Below, piece after piece: positions 18,393-29,808 of a stretch of DNA of 64,000 bases. The stretch is from NCBI RefSeq assembly GCF_009914755.1, contig NC_060927.1; one strand, given 5' to 3'. Under the pieces are notes generated by a model. The model saw only the letters and a program-made list of their open reading frames with translations, was not told where the DNA came from and searched no databases. Origin of the DNA: the human T2T-CHM13v2.0 reference genome, Homo sapiens. Every line of letters begins with the position of its first letter. The first letter of the stretch is position 1. The position numbers and the translations under genes are program-made.

Positions 18393-19765
18393 ATAGGCAT
18401 TGTTATTACCCTCATTGGTAGAGGAGGAGATGGAGGCTAGCAATTTTGTGCCTGTTGGTAACTGGCCCACCCCCTAGTGTTTTTCTTTGCTGTGTTCTTT
18501 CCTGGCTATCTCTCCATGGAGATGCTTCCTAATAAGCTACATTTCCCCCTGTTTCTCATTATTTGGTCTGAATTTGAAACTTCACATAAAATTATTAGGA
18601 CCAATCAGTGATCTTAACAAAGCCCAGTATAATGACATCAAAGAACAGTGCAGGTAAGTCAGTAAGATAGGTCTACTTATTAGAGAAAATGAAGGGAGGA
18701 GGGCAGATATGTAGTTGGGTGGAGCATAAATGGAAGAAAATGAGACAAATTTACATTTCTCTTCTATTTTCTGGCTTTTTTATTTTCCCTGGGTCAGCTA
18801 CCACCTTTCCATGCCATCTTTTCTAGATTCTGAAACCAACATCTGACAAAGGCAAGGTCCTGGTGTCGGCCTGGGACATTTACTAGATTTTTGACCCTGA
18901 ACAAGGAAGTTACCTAACTTCCCTGAGCCTCTATTTCATCATGTGTGAAATGAGAATAATAGCGCACATGTTGATTTGTGGGCTAAAGGAGACCTGAAGG
19001 TAAAGAGCCCCACATGGGTCTGAGCCCCATGCAGCCACCATGATTCACTGCTGTCCCCAAGCACATCCTGGTGCCTGAAATCCTGAAGAGTTGGCTTTCA
19101 CCACTGCAGAGGCTCTGAGTGAGCTGCCAGGGCAGCAGAGGGAGGCTGAGCTGCAGGAGTGCTGTTAATGGATTTTATGGCTTTGTTGAGTACCTCAAAC
19201 TACAGTTATTAATTAGAGGATGCTGTTTAGGCACTCTTGCAATATATACATTTTGTTAATTGATTTGTATAGGCTCATAGCTAGCAACATAAAGAATGTG
19301 CAGGACCATAACACTTACAAGGGATTGTAATTGCCTTTGCTGCCCTCTCTGGCTCCCCAAGCAGGGAACAAAAGCTTTGAGGATAGGACCCACTCTCTCC
19401 TCTGTCTTTGGATCTCCAACGACTAATCCAGTGCTCACTGTCAGGGTGATACAGCCTGTCTAGATGCTCAGCAAACGTCTTGAATCAATGACTAAATAAA
19501 TAATATTGTTTGTTTCTGTATTTCCATATCTACTTTATTTCCAAACTATTCCTCATAAACCCTGCATTGTGTGTGATGTTGGCATTTCATTTAGGTAAAT
19601 ATGGTCAAGGATTTATTCTGAGTCCTTACTGTTTTTTTTTTTTTTTTTTTTGAGTACCTTTGTAATTTTTTCACGGCCTAGAGATGGTTGAGGATGCAAA
19701 GATATGCACTGGCTCCTGCACTCAGGGAACTGACAATACTCAACGGCACGAGATTTTACAATGCA

Positions 19766-19773
19766 TGACGTCA
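19766..19773. promoter_or_regulatory. Full CRE palindrome, distal
   Basis: TGACGTCA about 0.7 kb upstream of the proximal CRE, at the island shore. Confidence 0.55.
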
Positions 19774-19862
19774 AGTAGCCTGTTCTTAGAGATGCGGAGT
19801 GACAACATAAAGGTGGCAACTTCTTGCATGGCACCATACCGCAGGGAATTTTAAGTTTGACA

Positions 19863-19874
19863 CCCCGCCCCCGC
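19863..19874 (-). promoter_or_regulatory. Overlapping SP/EGR GC box
   Basis: CCCCGCCCCCGC contains both CCCCGCCCC and the EGR consensus CGCCCCCGC. Confidence 0.45.
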
Positions 19875-20413
19875 CACTGCAGCCTCAGCAGGCCCAGCAC
19901 CCCAAGTTTTCTGATCTAGCTGTTCTATCAGCCTCTAAGAGCCGCGGCTGCCCCTGCTTCTCGGAGATGACGCGGAGCCCTGCCATTGCCATCCAGGTCC
20001 AAGGCTATCTACTCTGCCCGACAACCCCTAGCACCACTAGGCGCTGCTCTAGTGTGCGCCTGGCGCCCTCCCCAGACCAGTCGACGCAGAACGCCCAGAG
20101 ACCCAGCCAAGGGCAAGACCCTTAGCGACGCCCGTCAGTCCTCTCCGCCCAGATATCAGTTCAAAGGGCATGGCAGGTCAGGGTCCCTCGCGCCACCCCA
20201 GATGACCCTCAGGCCTCGGGTGGCCACTTTCTGGGGGAGCCCTCCATCCCTTGCGGCAGCTTTTCCGAGAGTCGGAGTGGAGGCGCGGGGCTGGAGGGCT
20301 CTCCGGAGCCGCCCACCAGGGTCCTCTGGGGGCCCGGTCCCGACTGGGCAGGGGGACCTGGACAGGGCCCCGGAGCGTGGAGACGGCTGAGGAAAGTTGG
20401 GGGTCGGGGCCTT

Positions 20414-20422
20414 GGGGCGGGG
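20414..20422 (+). promoter_or_regulatory. GC box (SP/KLF)
   Basis: GGGGCGGGG. Confidence 0.6.
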
Positions 20423-20485
20423 AGCGCGGAACCCGGCGCCGATGCCCGCGTTCATGAATATGCACGAGCCACCTCCCTCCCTCCG

Positions 20486-20493
20486 TGACGTCA
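20486..20493. promoter_or_regulatory. Full CRE palindrome (CREB/ATF), proximal
   Basis: TGACGTCA within the perfect 14-bp palindrome CCGTGACGTCACGG (20483-20496). Confidence 0.75.
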
Positions 20494-20728
20494 CGGGCCG
20501 TCCCGGGGTGAGCGCCTGAGCCGCTCCGGGTCCGCGCCAGTGAGCGCGGCTGCTGCCGGCGAGCTAGCGGCGCAGCGGCGGGAACCCGAGGCCGAGCGCC
20601 GCGGCGGCAGCGCTAGAAGCGCACCCATCGGGCACGGCGAGGCGGCCCACGGTGCGGCAGGCACCGGGAGGCGAGAGCCGGCGCGGACAGTAGGCGGCGG
20701 CTGCAGCTCGTTGGCGGCTGCTGCGAGG

Positions 20729-20837
20729 ATGCTGCCTGGGCGGCTGTGCTGGGTGCCGCTCCTGCTGGCGCTGGGCGTGGGGAGCGGCAGCGGCGGTGGC
20801 GGGGACAGCCGGCAGCGCCGCCTCCTCGCGGCTAAAG
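20729..20837 (+). CDS. CLSTN2: Calsyntenin-2 coding exon 1 (signal peptide plus Gly/Ser linker; 36 codons + 1 nt, phase-1 intron follows)
   Basis: Translation MLPGRLCWVPLLLALGVGSGSGGGGDSRQRRLLAAK matches the recalled N-terminus of human CLSTN2 (continues V-N-K-H-K-P-W in exon 2). ATG has A at -3. Splice donor AAG|GTGGGT at 20837/20838. Lies in a CpG island. Confidence 0.96.
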
Positions 20838-22780
20838 GTGGGTGCTGGGGAAGTTTGCTCTTCTCCCAGGAGGGAGGCAGGGCAGGCTTGAGGGTGAAAG
20901 CGGCAAGGACCTAGGCTCAAGCTGGATTTGCCCACCCTCCCTTGCCGCAGCTTCTTTGGCCTCTGTGCGCCCTGGATTCCCGAAGTCAGTTCCCTGCGCA
21001 GCGGACCAGAGAGGTCCACCCGCGGACGTCAACTCAACCCCTGGGCGGGGTCCGGGGGCTGAGCAGAAGGCGAGGTCTGGGGAGTACGGACAACTTTGAG
21101 GGCTGTCTGTGCCGGGGTGGGAGCGCAGTGGGTGAGTTTCGAGCTCTGGCCCAGGGACGGCTAGAGCAGGGCGCTGGCGCGCCGTGGGGACAAGCAGGTG
21201 TCTGCTCCTGCCTGGGGGAAGGATCAGCGGCGGTGCTTTCAAGGAGGGAGCCGAGCTGTGACTTGTCTCCCAGCTCGGGGATGGAGTGGAAACTTGTAGG
21301 CTCCAGGGAAGGCCCCGCTGACACTCCTCAAGCTCCCCCAGGGCGTCTCTGACTCCCCGGGGAACGTGTACCCTCCGGGTAGGCGGCGGGGTCCGGAAGA
21401 AGCGCGGGATGTGAGGCTCCCCGCTGCCTTTCCTACTCCGCTCTGACTACCGAGGACCGAGGAGCCTAACCTGGCACCACTCCCCTGCCCACCCTGTTCC
21501 TTTGAAGAGCTTGACCTCCCCGCGCCTCCCGCCCGGAAGGAAGCTAGATCCAAGCGAACGCCTGGCTCTGTCAGGCGAGCCTGGAAGCCGGCGAACCCCG
21601 GACTTTGACAGCTGCCTGGGAGCGTCGGGAGCTCTGGGGTGGGGGGCCGGGTCTGAAACAGGAGGTCACGTGCTTGCAGGGGGTGGGGAGGCGAGGGAAG
21701 AGCAGAGCTGGTGGGGAACAGTGGTGGGCTCAGGGGAGGCTGTGGCAGATCCTAGCTGGGGCGCACAGCTTAGTGATAACTTGTTGATTCTCTGCGCTGT
21801 TCATAAGTAGGGCTTGCGTTTGGTTTGTGGACTGTGGCCAAATCCGCCAGGTGACAATGAGGGGTACTTGGTCCCCAAATCCTGCCTGGCAATCATCAGA
21901 GGGCGGAGGGGTTTGCGCCTGTCAGAAAATAGATTCCCTGTTAGAGACAGCCTGATTCGGACGCTTGCTTTGAGCTACACTTGACCACTAGCTTAGGGGA
22001 GGAAATGCCTATCAGGCTGCATTACTCTTGGAGGTTGGGGAGAGCTGGAGGCAGGCAGTTCGCCTTGTCTGGGCTTTAGAAACTGGCCCTCCAATAACTT
22101 AGGAGTGATATATTTGAGAAGAACATGGGAGATTATGTTTATCTGTAATTTTTAAATTTTTTGGTGTCATCGTTTTGAAAATATTTTATAAGCAGGCATT
22201 CTGTTTCTTTTCAGCATTTTTTTTCTTGGTGTATCTTTGACAGGCAGTTTCTATTTTTAGAAATGAGAAATTTCATGAGAGAAAAACTCGTTATGAAAAT
22301 ATCTCAGAGTGCGGTAAAGAAGTGGCTGATATGAAGGGATCAAGCTGAGAGACTGTTGTTTTGGTGAAGACAAGAATAAAAAACAATGAACTTCCAAACA
22401 TCTCCCCCCTGCTTTCCCAATATAGACACTTTGTTAAACAGGCAAATTACTTTTTTGGGGGGTGGGGGGGAGGAGATTTCCCATCACTTTGTAGCACAGT
22501 AATTGATATAAGCAGATGTCTGCAAACGGGAGTTTGAAGGAGGGTGAGAAGCACACAGCAAGTGCAGAACAGGGAAGAAATCATTTGGGAAGAGGATCTG
22601 GTGTGAGTAGTAATAATGCACGGCTGAGTTCTCAGGTCAGAATGGGAAGCTTCATAGAGGTAAGCGAGAAAGAGAAGGAGAGAGATAAAAAAGGAAAATA
22701 AAAACCCCAGGCTTTCAATGATTCACTTTATGTGGATAATTATGTGCATTTTAACCAACATCCGACTTAGAACATATTCA

Positions 22781-23176
<396 letters not shown>

Positions 23177-24289
23177 TTAACTGTCCGAATTCCCCTTGTT
23201 CTCGCTTCTTTCCCCTTCCAACCACTGGGGGGCTGCAAAGAGCTCTGTTTGCTGCTGATTTTTTTTTCAAGATAAATGTGTAATATTTGATTACAACAGA
23301 GACATTTATTATGACACTTTAGTTAGTATTTACAGGACTGACTTTCCTTATAACAATGCACTTGCATTTTATGTTTCCAAATCATATGATCTCTGAAGAA
23401 TGTTTGAAATGATAAAGCTGTATGTTTTGTGTATAATGCACCCTGCCTCTGACTTTGCCATTTTTAAGGTTCATACCATTGTTATTCCCATCACAAAAAA
23501 AAAAAAAAAAAAATCAGGAAGGCGTGTGAAGATTGAACAAAAAACCAGATACTTCTTTCGTACAATTCTGTATTCATGTGTAGAAAAACACTGGGAGTCT
23601 GGAGTCAAGCTTTCTGACAGAGTTGAATGCACCCTCCAAACAACTGTCTGGAAGCATGTGCTCCCAGCTTCAGTCTTGTGTAAGATGTTGTGTCTGTGGT
23701 GCACAGCTTGTTCTGCCTTTGTGCTTCTTGCTTCTTGCTTCTTGCTTTAGGGACTCGAGCAGTTAATCCCGGACAACTACCTGGGGTTTTCACAGAATCA
23801 CTGTACTTTCAGTGTAGACATATTTCCAATTTCAGAAATCACACAGTGGCCAGGCAATTATAACTCCTTCCCTTCACCCTTACATATTTTGGCTATTCAA
23901 AAAAGATAAATACTTCTTGGATTCCATGAAGAGACCAGATCACATGCTCATGTTCTATGAGTAAAGCTGGTAAGGTGTTGTGGACCCAAAGAGTTTCTGG
24001 AGGCAGAGAAAGACATGTCTTATCCAAGGGAAGGAAGACAATGCAATCTAGACAACACCTCAAAGTTTGTGCTAAATTTGGCAAAATGTCAGTGGTCCCA
24101 AGACCTCAAGGACTTGGTACACAGTCCTTCTTAAGTTCCCAACATCTAGGCATAGAGGTCATTTGGAACAATACTCAAGTATAGACCATCAATTGTTGTA
24201 GTGCCCGCCTTGTGTGCTAAGAGCCTTGCTCAGTGCTCTGGTTCTGAGCCAGTAGCAGAGGACCACCCTCCACCCCTCCCACCCCTACC

Positions 24290-24338
24290 TTTCTTTTTTT
24301 TTTAATTTTTATTATTATTATACTTTAAGTTTTAGGGT
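24290..24338 (-). mobile_element. Extremely truncated L1PA 3' terminus
   Basis: T-tract followed by TATTATTATTATACTTTAAGTTTTAGGGT, the young L1PA terminus. Confidence 0.75.
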
Positions 24339-24569
24339 TGAGGAGCTTCTGTTTTAGTTGGAGAGACAAGATTTTTATGTGAAAATTTTAAGAGAGTGGC
24401 AGCGGAGAGAATTTGTCCAAAGTATAGTATTGACTGTGATAGAGACACAGGCAAAGGAGATGGGAGTGCAGAGACAAAGTTTACAAAAGCAGCATGTGGT
24501 AATAGGTAAGGAGGAGGATGGAGCAGAATTATAACAACAGTATGGTGTAATTGTAGTAATTTCAGTGTA

Positions 24570-24770
24570 TGGAGTCCCTCTTTAGTATGTCACAGGCACT
24601 GTTGCTAATCCCATTACATGGGCAATCTCTAACTCTTACAACACATGCAGAGCCAGTGTTAGCCCATTTCACAGATGAAGAAACAAATTCTATGAGAGGG
24701 TAAATGAACTTGCCAAGACCTCCAGCTAGAGGGTGTGGCACTGGGATGAGAATATAAAGGTCACTATACC
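24570..24770 (-). mobile_element. MIR
   Basis: CCCATTTCACAGATGAAGAAAC..GGTAAATGAACTTGCCAAG. Confidence 0.65.
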
Positions 24771-25644
24771 CAGTGCCCCCTATTTGTCAGATAGTCTTCC
24801 CAGTGGTTTTGAAAGCAGGTCTAGGGACCACAAGGAAGCTGAGCTGTTTGCATCTTTGAGTTACCCAGGAGCCCTTGTGGTCCTGCCCACAGAAGAGCAC
24901 AGTATGAGTGTCTAAGGCTGTTTAAAAGGGCATGCAGGTGAGGTGAGGGAAACGGACCTTGCTCTCACCATGGAAACCAATGTTCTCGCTTAGAGCAGTC
25001 ACCTCATTCTCTCTCCCACAGATTCAAAAACCATCCTTGAATATTCCAGATTGCACACTGCAGAACTTCCTGCAGGGGCAAAGGTAGTGTGGAATTTTTA
25101 TGGTGGATTGTTCTAAGTCATCTTTGGGTAAGTAGCAGGTGTCTTCTAGTGGTATAACAGAGTCATTTTTCCAACTGAAGCACAAATGCCAAAAAGCCCT
25201 CAGCAATGCATCAGAAAGTGTACTCTGACCTGCTGCCATCCTGAAACGCCTGTGGTTCTTGGACCGGAATGTGCCCTTTACCTCTCTTGGATTCTCTGGG
25301 CATCAAGCTAGTAGGTCACCTTCCTCAGCCCAATTTTCACTGTTACTCAAGATTTGGCCTTCCATAAGGAACCTTCCCAGGCTGGTTACTTCTGAGTGAC
25401 TTGCCTCTCTTTCCTGCATGCCTGTGTTTCCTTGTCTGACTCTAGTCCTCAGGGCTCAAAGACCAGTGCTAGAGGCTCATTCTGACTCTCCTGGTATCTC
25501 CAGAGCCTTGCCTCAAGATATGAGATGAGCAGTATGCAGTGATTTGCTTGGTGAACACACCTGTTTGTAATCCCTAGTGCTGTCATTTCTTGACATAGAC
25601 AATTTATGTGTTTTTCCTTCTCCTCTATAAAGTAAAATTTGGGC

Positions 25645-25850
25645 ATATGGCCAGAAAAACTTGAGTTCCAAACCTGGCCCTACTGCTTCCTAGTTAGATG
25701 ATCTTGGACAAGTTAGTTAACCCATCTGAGACTCAGTTTCCTCATCTCTAAAATGGGGATACAGAGATCTACCTTGTAAAATAGTTGTCAGGGCACTTAG
25801 CCCAGTTTGGGGCATGTAAAATGCACTAAATATACAATGACTAATTATTG
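25645..25850 (+). mobile_element. MIR
   Basis: TCTTGGACAAGTTAGTTAACC..CTCAGTTTCCTCATCTCTAAAATGGGGATA. Confidence 0.72.
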
Positions 25851-27179
25851 ATCACTTGAACAGTTAGTTTAGTGTCTGAGATTTGGTGAATTTTTTTTTT
25901 CTGATCTCTTAGAAATCCAATAGCTTTGTTCATATCTTTTCTCAGCTCAAACTGTTATCCGTTCCTCTGTTTCTCAGTCTCTCTCTGCCTCTCTCTCCTT
26001 GTGTGGATATGCACCTGTGTGTAAATATCATATATAAATGTAAATGCACATGCATACACACGCATTTGGCTTGACTTGTTTGTAAAAAGACATGCTTTTT
26101 TTCACTAGTCTATGGATGTCTTTGAAGCCAGAGCTCCATCTCATTCATCTCAAAGGCCCTGGCACTTAGTGCAGGGCCAGCTCAGAGTAAAGGTCAGCAA
26201 TATTTGCTATCTAAGTAAATAAACAAGCCTGTCTCCATGTGCTAGTGCCAGAGGTGTGGGAGGTTCTGGTCTCTGGAGGGAGAGCTTATGTGGTGTGATC
26301 TGGGTTGTAAGGAAAGATCTCCTGCCCAGTTCATACTTTCCTCCAAGCCCTGCTACCTGAGAAAACAGAAAGGCATACTTTTTTGTTTAAGGTATTGACA
26401 AGTTTTGTGATAATACATGTTTATATGGAATGGGGTAACTGAAGCTATGATATTCAAATAACAGCTTGAAATCGATGATTGTTTTATTAGCTGTTATCTA
26501 ACCCATGACTAATTGGACCCTGTGGAAATGGTTCCCTGGGAAAGACAGGTTTTGAGGGTAGACCATGGGGAGGCCTGAGCTGGGGAAGAGCACTGAGCTG
26601 AAGATCCTGGCACTGTGTAGGACAGAGGATCATGCTCTGAGATTTGGGAAAGAAACAAGCAGTAGGCCAGAGGGAGTATTGGTCAGAGGAGAATGGTTAG
26701 AATGAGAGTTAGCCCTTCCAGACATGCACTAGGTCCTGTTCTCTAGCCTTTTCAGCCAATTACTATTTCTCAGCCTCCTATTATTCTCTGTGAGGGGAAC
26801 AAAAAGATAAAAGCAAGTTCCAATTATCAAAGAGTTCACACTCTGTCTAGGGCAAACACTGCACATCACACATCACACAAACTATTGCAGAACTTGGTGA
26901 CTTATGGGAAAATCATAGATTGTGCATCACAGACCCCCCGAAGCCTTGCAGGAAAGGAAGAAGTTGGCAACAATAGAGGTCAGGAAAGACTTATGGAGAA
27001 AGTAAAAGGGATGTTGATGGGTGGGTAGGCATTGGGTAAGCATATGTCAGGGGCAGGGGTTTGCACTGGACAGGTAAATACAAGGTGGTAAGAGTGATTG
27101 GCACACAGGCACGAGTGAAGAGGGAGCTCAGCCAGGTCAAATATTATTTCTGCATCAGATTCCAGAGCTAATAAAACAG

Positions 27180-27390
27180 TGAATGTTTATTGAGTTCATA
27201 CTATGTGCCAAGCACTATCTTGAAGCACTTCACATATGTCGGTTGGTTTGATCCTCGTACCAACCCTATGAAGGAGGTAAATCTACAATCTTATTTTTAC
27301 AGAGGAGTAAACTGAGTCACTGAGAAGTGAGGTAACTTGCCCAAAGTCTCAGAGCTCAGAGGTGGTAAAACTGGGGTTACAAACTCAGAA
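27180..27390 (-). mobile_element. MIR
   Basis: TTTATTGAG..CTATGTGCCAAGCACT..TTTTACAGAGGAGTAAACTGAG..TAACTTGCCCAA. Confidence 0.72.
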
Positions 27391-29399
27391 TACACTGGTA
27401 GGCATGGGTTCCCCTCTTCACACAGGCTTACCTATTCAGAATGATGTGATGTCTGCTTGAGGAAGGCTCTGAGTGAGGTCAGAGAGGCTCTGCTGCCCTG
27501 GAAGGCATTGCCTTGCTGTCCAAGAATATTTGCTTGGATTTTACTTCAAAATTGCTGAAAGAATCGGTTTCCCTGAAAGCCTCACTCTCTGACTCACTTC
27601 TCCAAGTGAGCAATACCTGTTTCTTCTCATCCAGACAGCTTGAAGCCCTCCTCACCTCCTGTCATGCTTGGCCTCAAGCAGAGGAGGCAGCCTTCTGCAC
27701 TGTATAGTCCCAGATGTGTTTGGAGGGGTCTCCTGCACCAGAAAGACTATCCCAGCTGGCTGGCCTTTGTACCGACAGTTCTCCTGATTCGGTTATTCAT
27801 TTGGGTTAAATATTGCCCTCTTCTGACTCCGTTTTAGGCCAGGATACATACTTTTAAACATATTAGGTGGCTAGATAACAAAGTGGATAAGAAGGGGATG
27901 TTGAGAGGTGTGCATGGCAAGGGCGGGAGGAGATCATATAGGAATAGCAGATAACCAGACTGTTGATCGGGCTGCCTTTTCTTCCACTCTCACGGCAGGA
28001 TTTTATATATGCCCATTGTATTGTTCTCAGATACCCCTCTTACACATTGGTAAATGCACATTACAGGGCATATAGCAGCAGATCAAAAATCAGGACAAGG
28101 GGTCAGACTGTGTGCAGTTGATTGCAATCCAGCACCAGCGAGCCAGTGTGGTGAGCTAGGTGACATCTTGGACCATGGCCACTTGAAGCCCATTTCTTTC
28201 ACTACTGAGCAGTTTTCTAACTCTAAGGACAGGCAACTTATTTCCAATACTTTCTCAGGATCTTGCTTGTCTCCAGCTCAAGACCCTCTACTCATATCAG
28301 TCCTCCCCAGAGATTGGCCAGAGATGCCCCTGATCAATACTTTTTTTCCCTAGCTCACTTTGAGCCTCCTACCCCACCCAAGGCTCACTCAGTATCTGTT
28401 TCCTTTAGGATGCCGCAGCCCCATATGTCCCAAACTAAGCTCTCATTTTTCCTCCAAGAATCTACTGCTTCTGCTGTGGCCTCTGGGTGAAAGGTACATC
28501 ATCCATACATTCACCCAAGCCAGAGCCCCCAAGAGTCCTCCAGCATGCTTGTCTCTCCACAAATATCACAACCCATCCTTCCTCATGTCTGGTTGATCCT
28601 ATCATCACCATCTAGAACCTCTCCTCAATTCCCATTGCTTCTGCCTTGTTTAGCATCTTGTGCAAATGAAAGCACTAAATTCTAATTTTGACCCCCTCTC
28701 CAACCCTCCCATTATGCTGCTGTCAAGGTGGCAGCATGTATGCCAGTCCCACCAGGCCTGCAAGAAACTCCATCTCAGTCATGAATTCTATCTTTCACCC
28801 TCCACGCTAAGGTCTGTAAGGTTTTTAAGAATAGCTTAACACTCTGGAATTGCCTCAGATTTCCCTCCCTCACAGGTTATTACTGCTTGTGATGCCCATT
28901 GTCCAAACAGCATGGTGCCTTGAGATCCTGGGGTGTCTACTTCCACAGGCAACAGACGATACCACCAGCACCTAGAATCTAATATTCATGCCACATTCTG
29001 TAGTCACTTCCCCAGGGGTGCTATCACCATCTGGGGATGGGAGCTGGAACAGGCTACCGGTTCCCATCCCAAAGGAAATCAGCTCGTCTCAGTTTTAGGG
29101 TGGGTACACAAAAGCCACCCACCTCCAACCTCTCCCATCCCAACCATAACCTCAGTTAGGGGCTCAGGCATTCACAGAGCAAAGGCCAGGACTGGAGGTA
29201 TCTTCAGAGAACTTCTGCCTTCATCCTTACAACCCAAACCTCCTTCTTAGAACAGGCAGCCATACCCCTTCTGATAAACCTGTCCAGGGAAGCCCCAGAC
29301 CTCCCAAAATAGATCCCAAACTCTCCAGCCTGGCGTAAAAGTCTACGATTTTGCCCATCTGGCCTTCTCTCCTGTCAGTGAACTTTCTAGAAATTTCCA

Positions 29400-29635
29400 A
29401 ATAGTTAATGCTTTCATCTTTCAAGAACTTACTATGCACCAAGCACTATTCTGACTGCTTTATAGATATTAACTCATTCAGCCTTCCTGACCACCAAGTG
29501 AGATGTGCACTCTTATTATCCCCTTTACAGATGAGGAAACTGAGGCAAGGAAGGTTAAGCTACTTATCCAGTTTACCCAAGTAGTAAAACAGCAGAACTG
29601 GGATTTAAATCTAGAAAGTCTAGTTTCAGAGTCCC
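29400..29635 (-). mobile_element. MIR
   Basis: ATTATCCCCTTTACAGATGAGGAAACTGAGGCA..GGTTAAG. Confidence 0.75.
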
Positions 29636-29639
29636 CCCT

Positions 29640-29808
29640 TTTATCCAGCCCTGGATGCAAAGTGGAGCCACTTGAGAGAGATTTAAAATAACACCAATGC
29701 CCAGAACCCATCCCAGAGATTTTGTTGTAATTGCTCAGGGACAGCACCTGGGAATCTATGTGAAGCTCTCCAGTATTTCTGGTGCCCAGCCAAGACTGAG
29801 AACCACTC
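29640..29808. mobile_element. MER5-like hAT-Charlie element
   Basis: CCCCATCCCAGAGATT..CAGCCAAGACTGAGAACCACT terminus. Confidence 0.65.

Larger units (their letters stand above)
19940..21770. promoter_or_regulatory. CpG island / TATA-less promoter, 5'UTR and first exon of CLSTN2
   Basis: Abrupt rise in GC and CpG density against CpG-depleted flanks; GC boxes; surrounds the start codon. The TSS is probably near 20500-20550 (inferred). Confidence 0.92.

Noticed and set aside
20540-20728. In-frame GTG-initiated 63-aa N-terminal extension of CLSTN2
   Set aside because: Poor Kozak context (CCA GTG A), very near the probable TSS, and stop-free frames are expected in GC-rich DNA; it would also displace the signal peptide.
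19986-21810. Many overlapping 100-150 aa ORFs on both strands
   Set aside because: CpG-island artefact with low-complexity Pro/Gly/Arg/Ala content and no recognisable domain.
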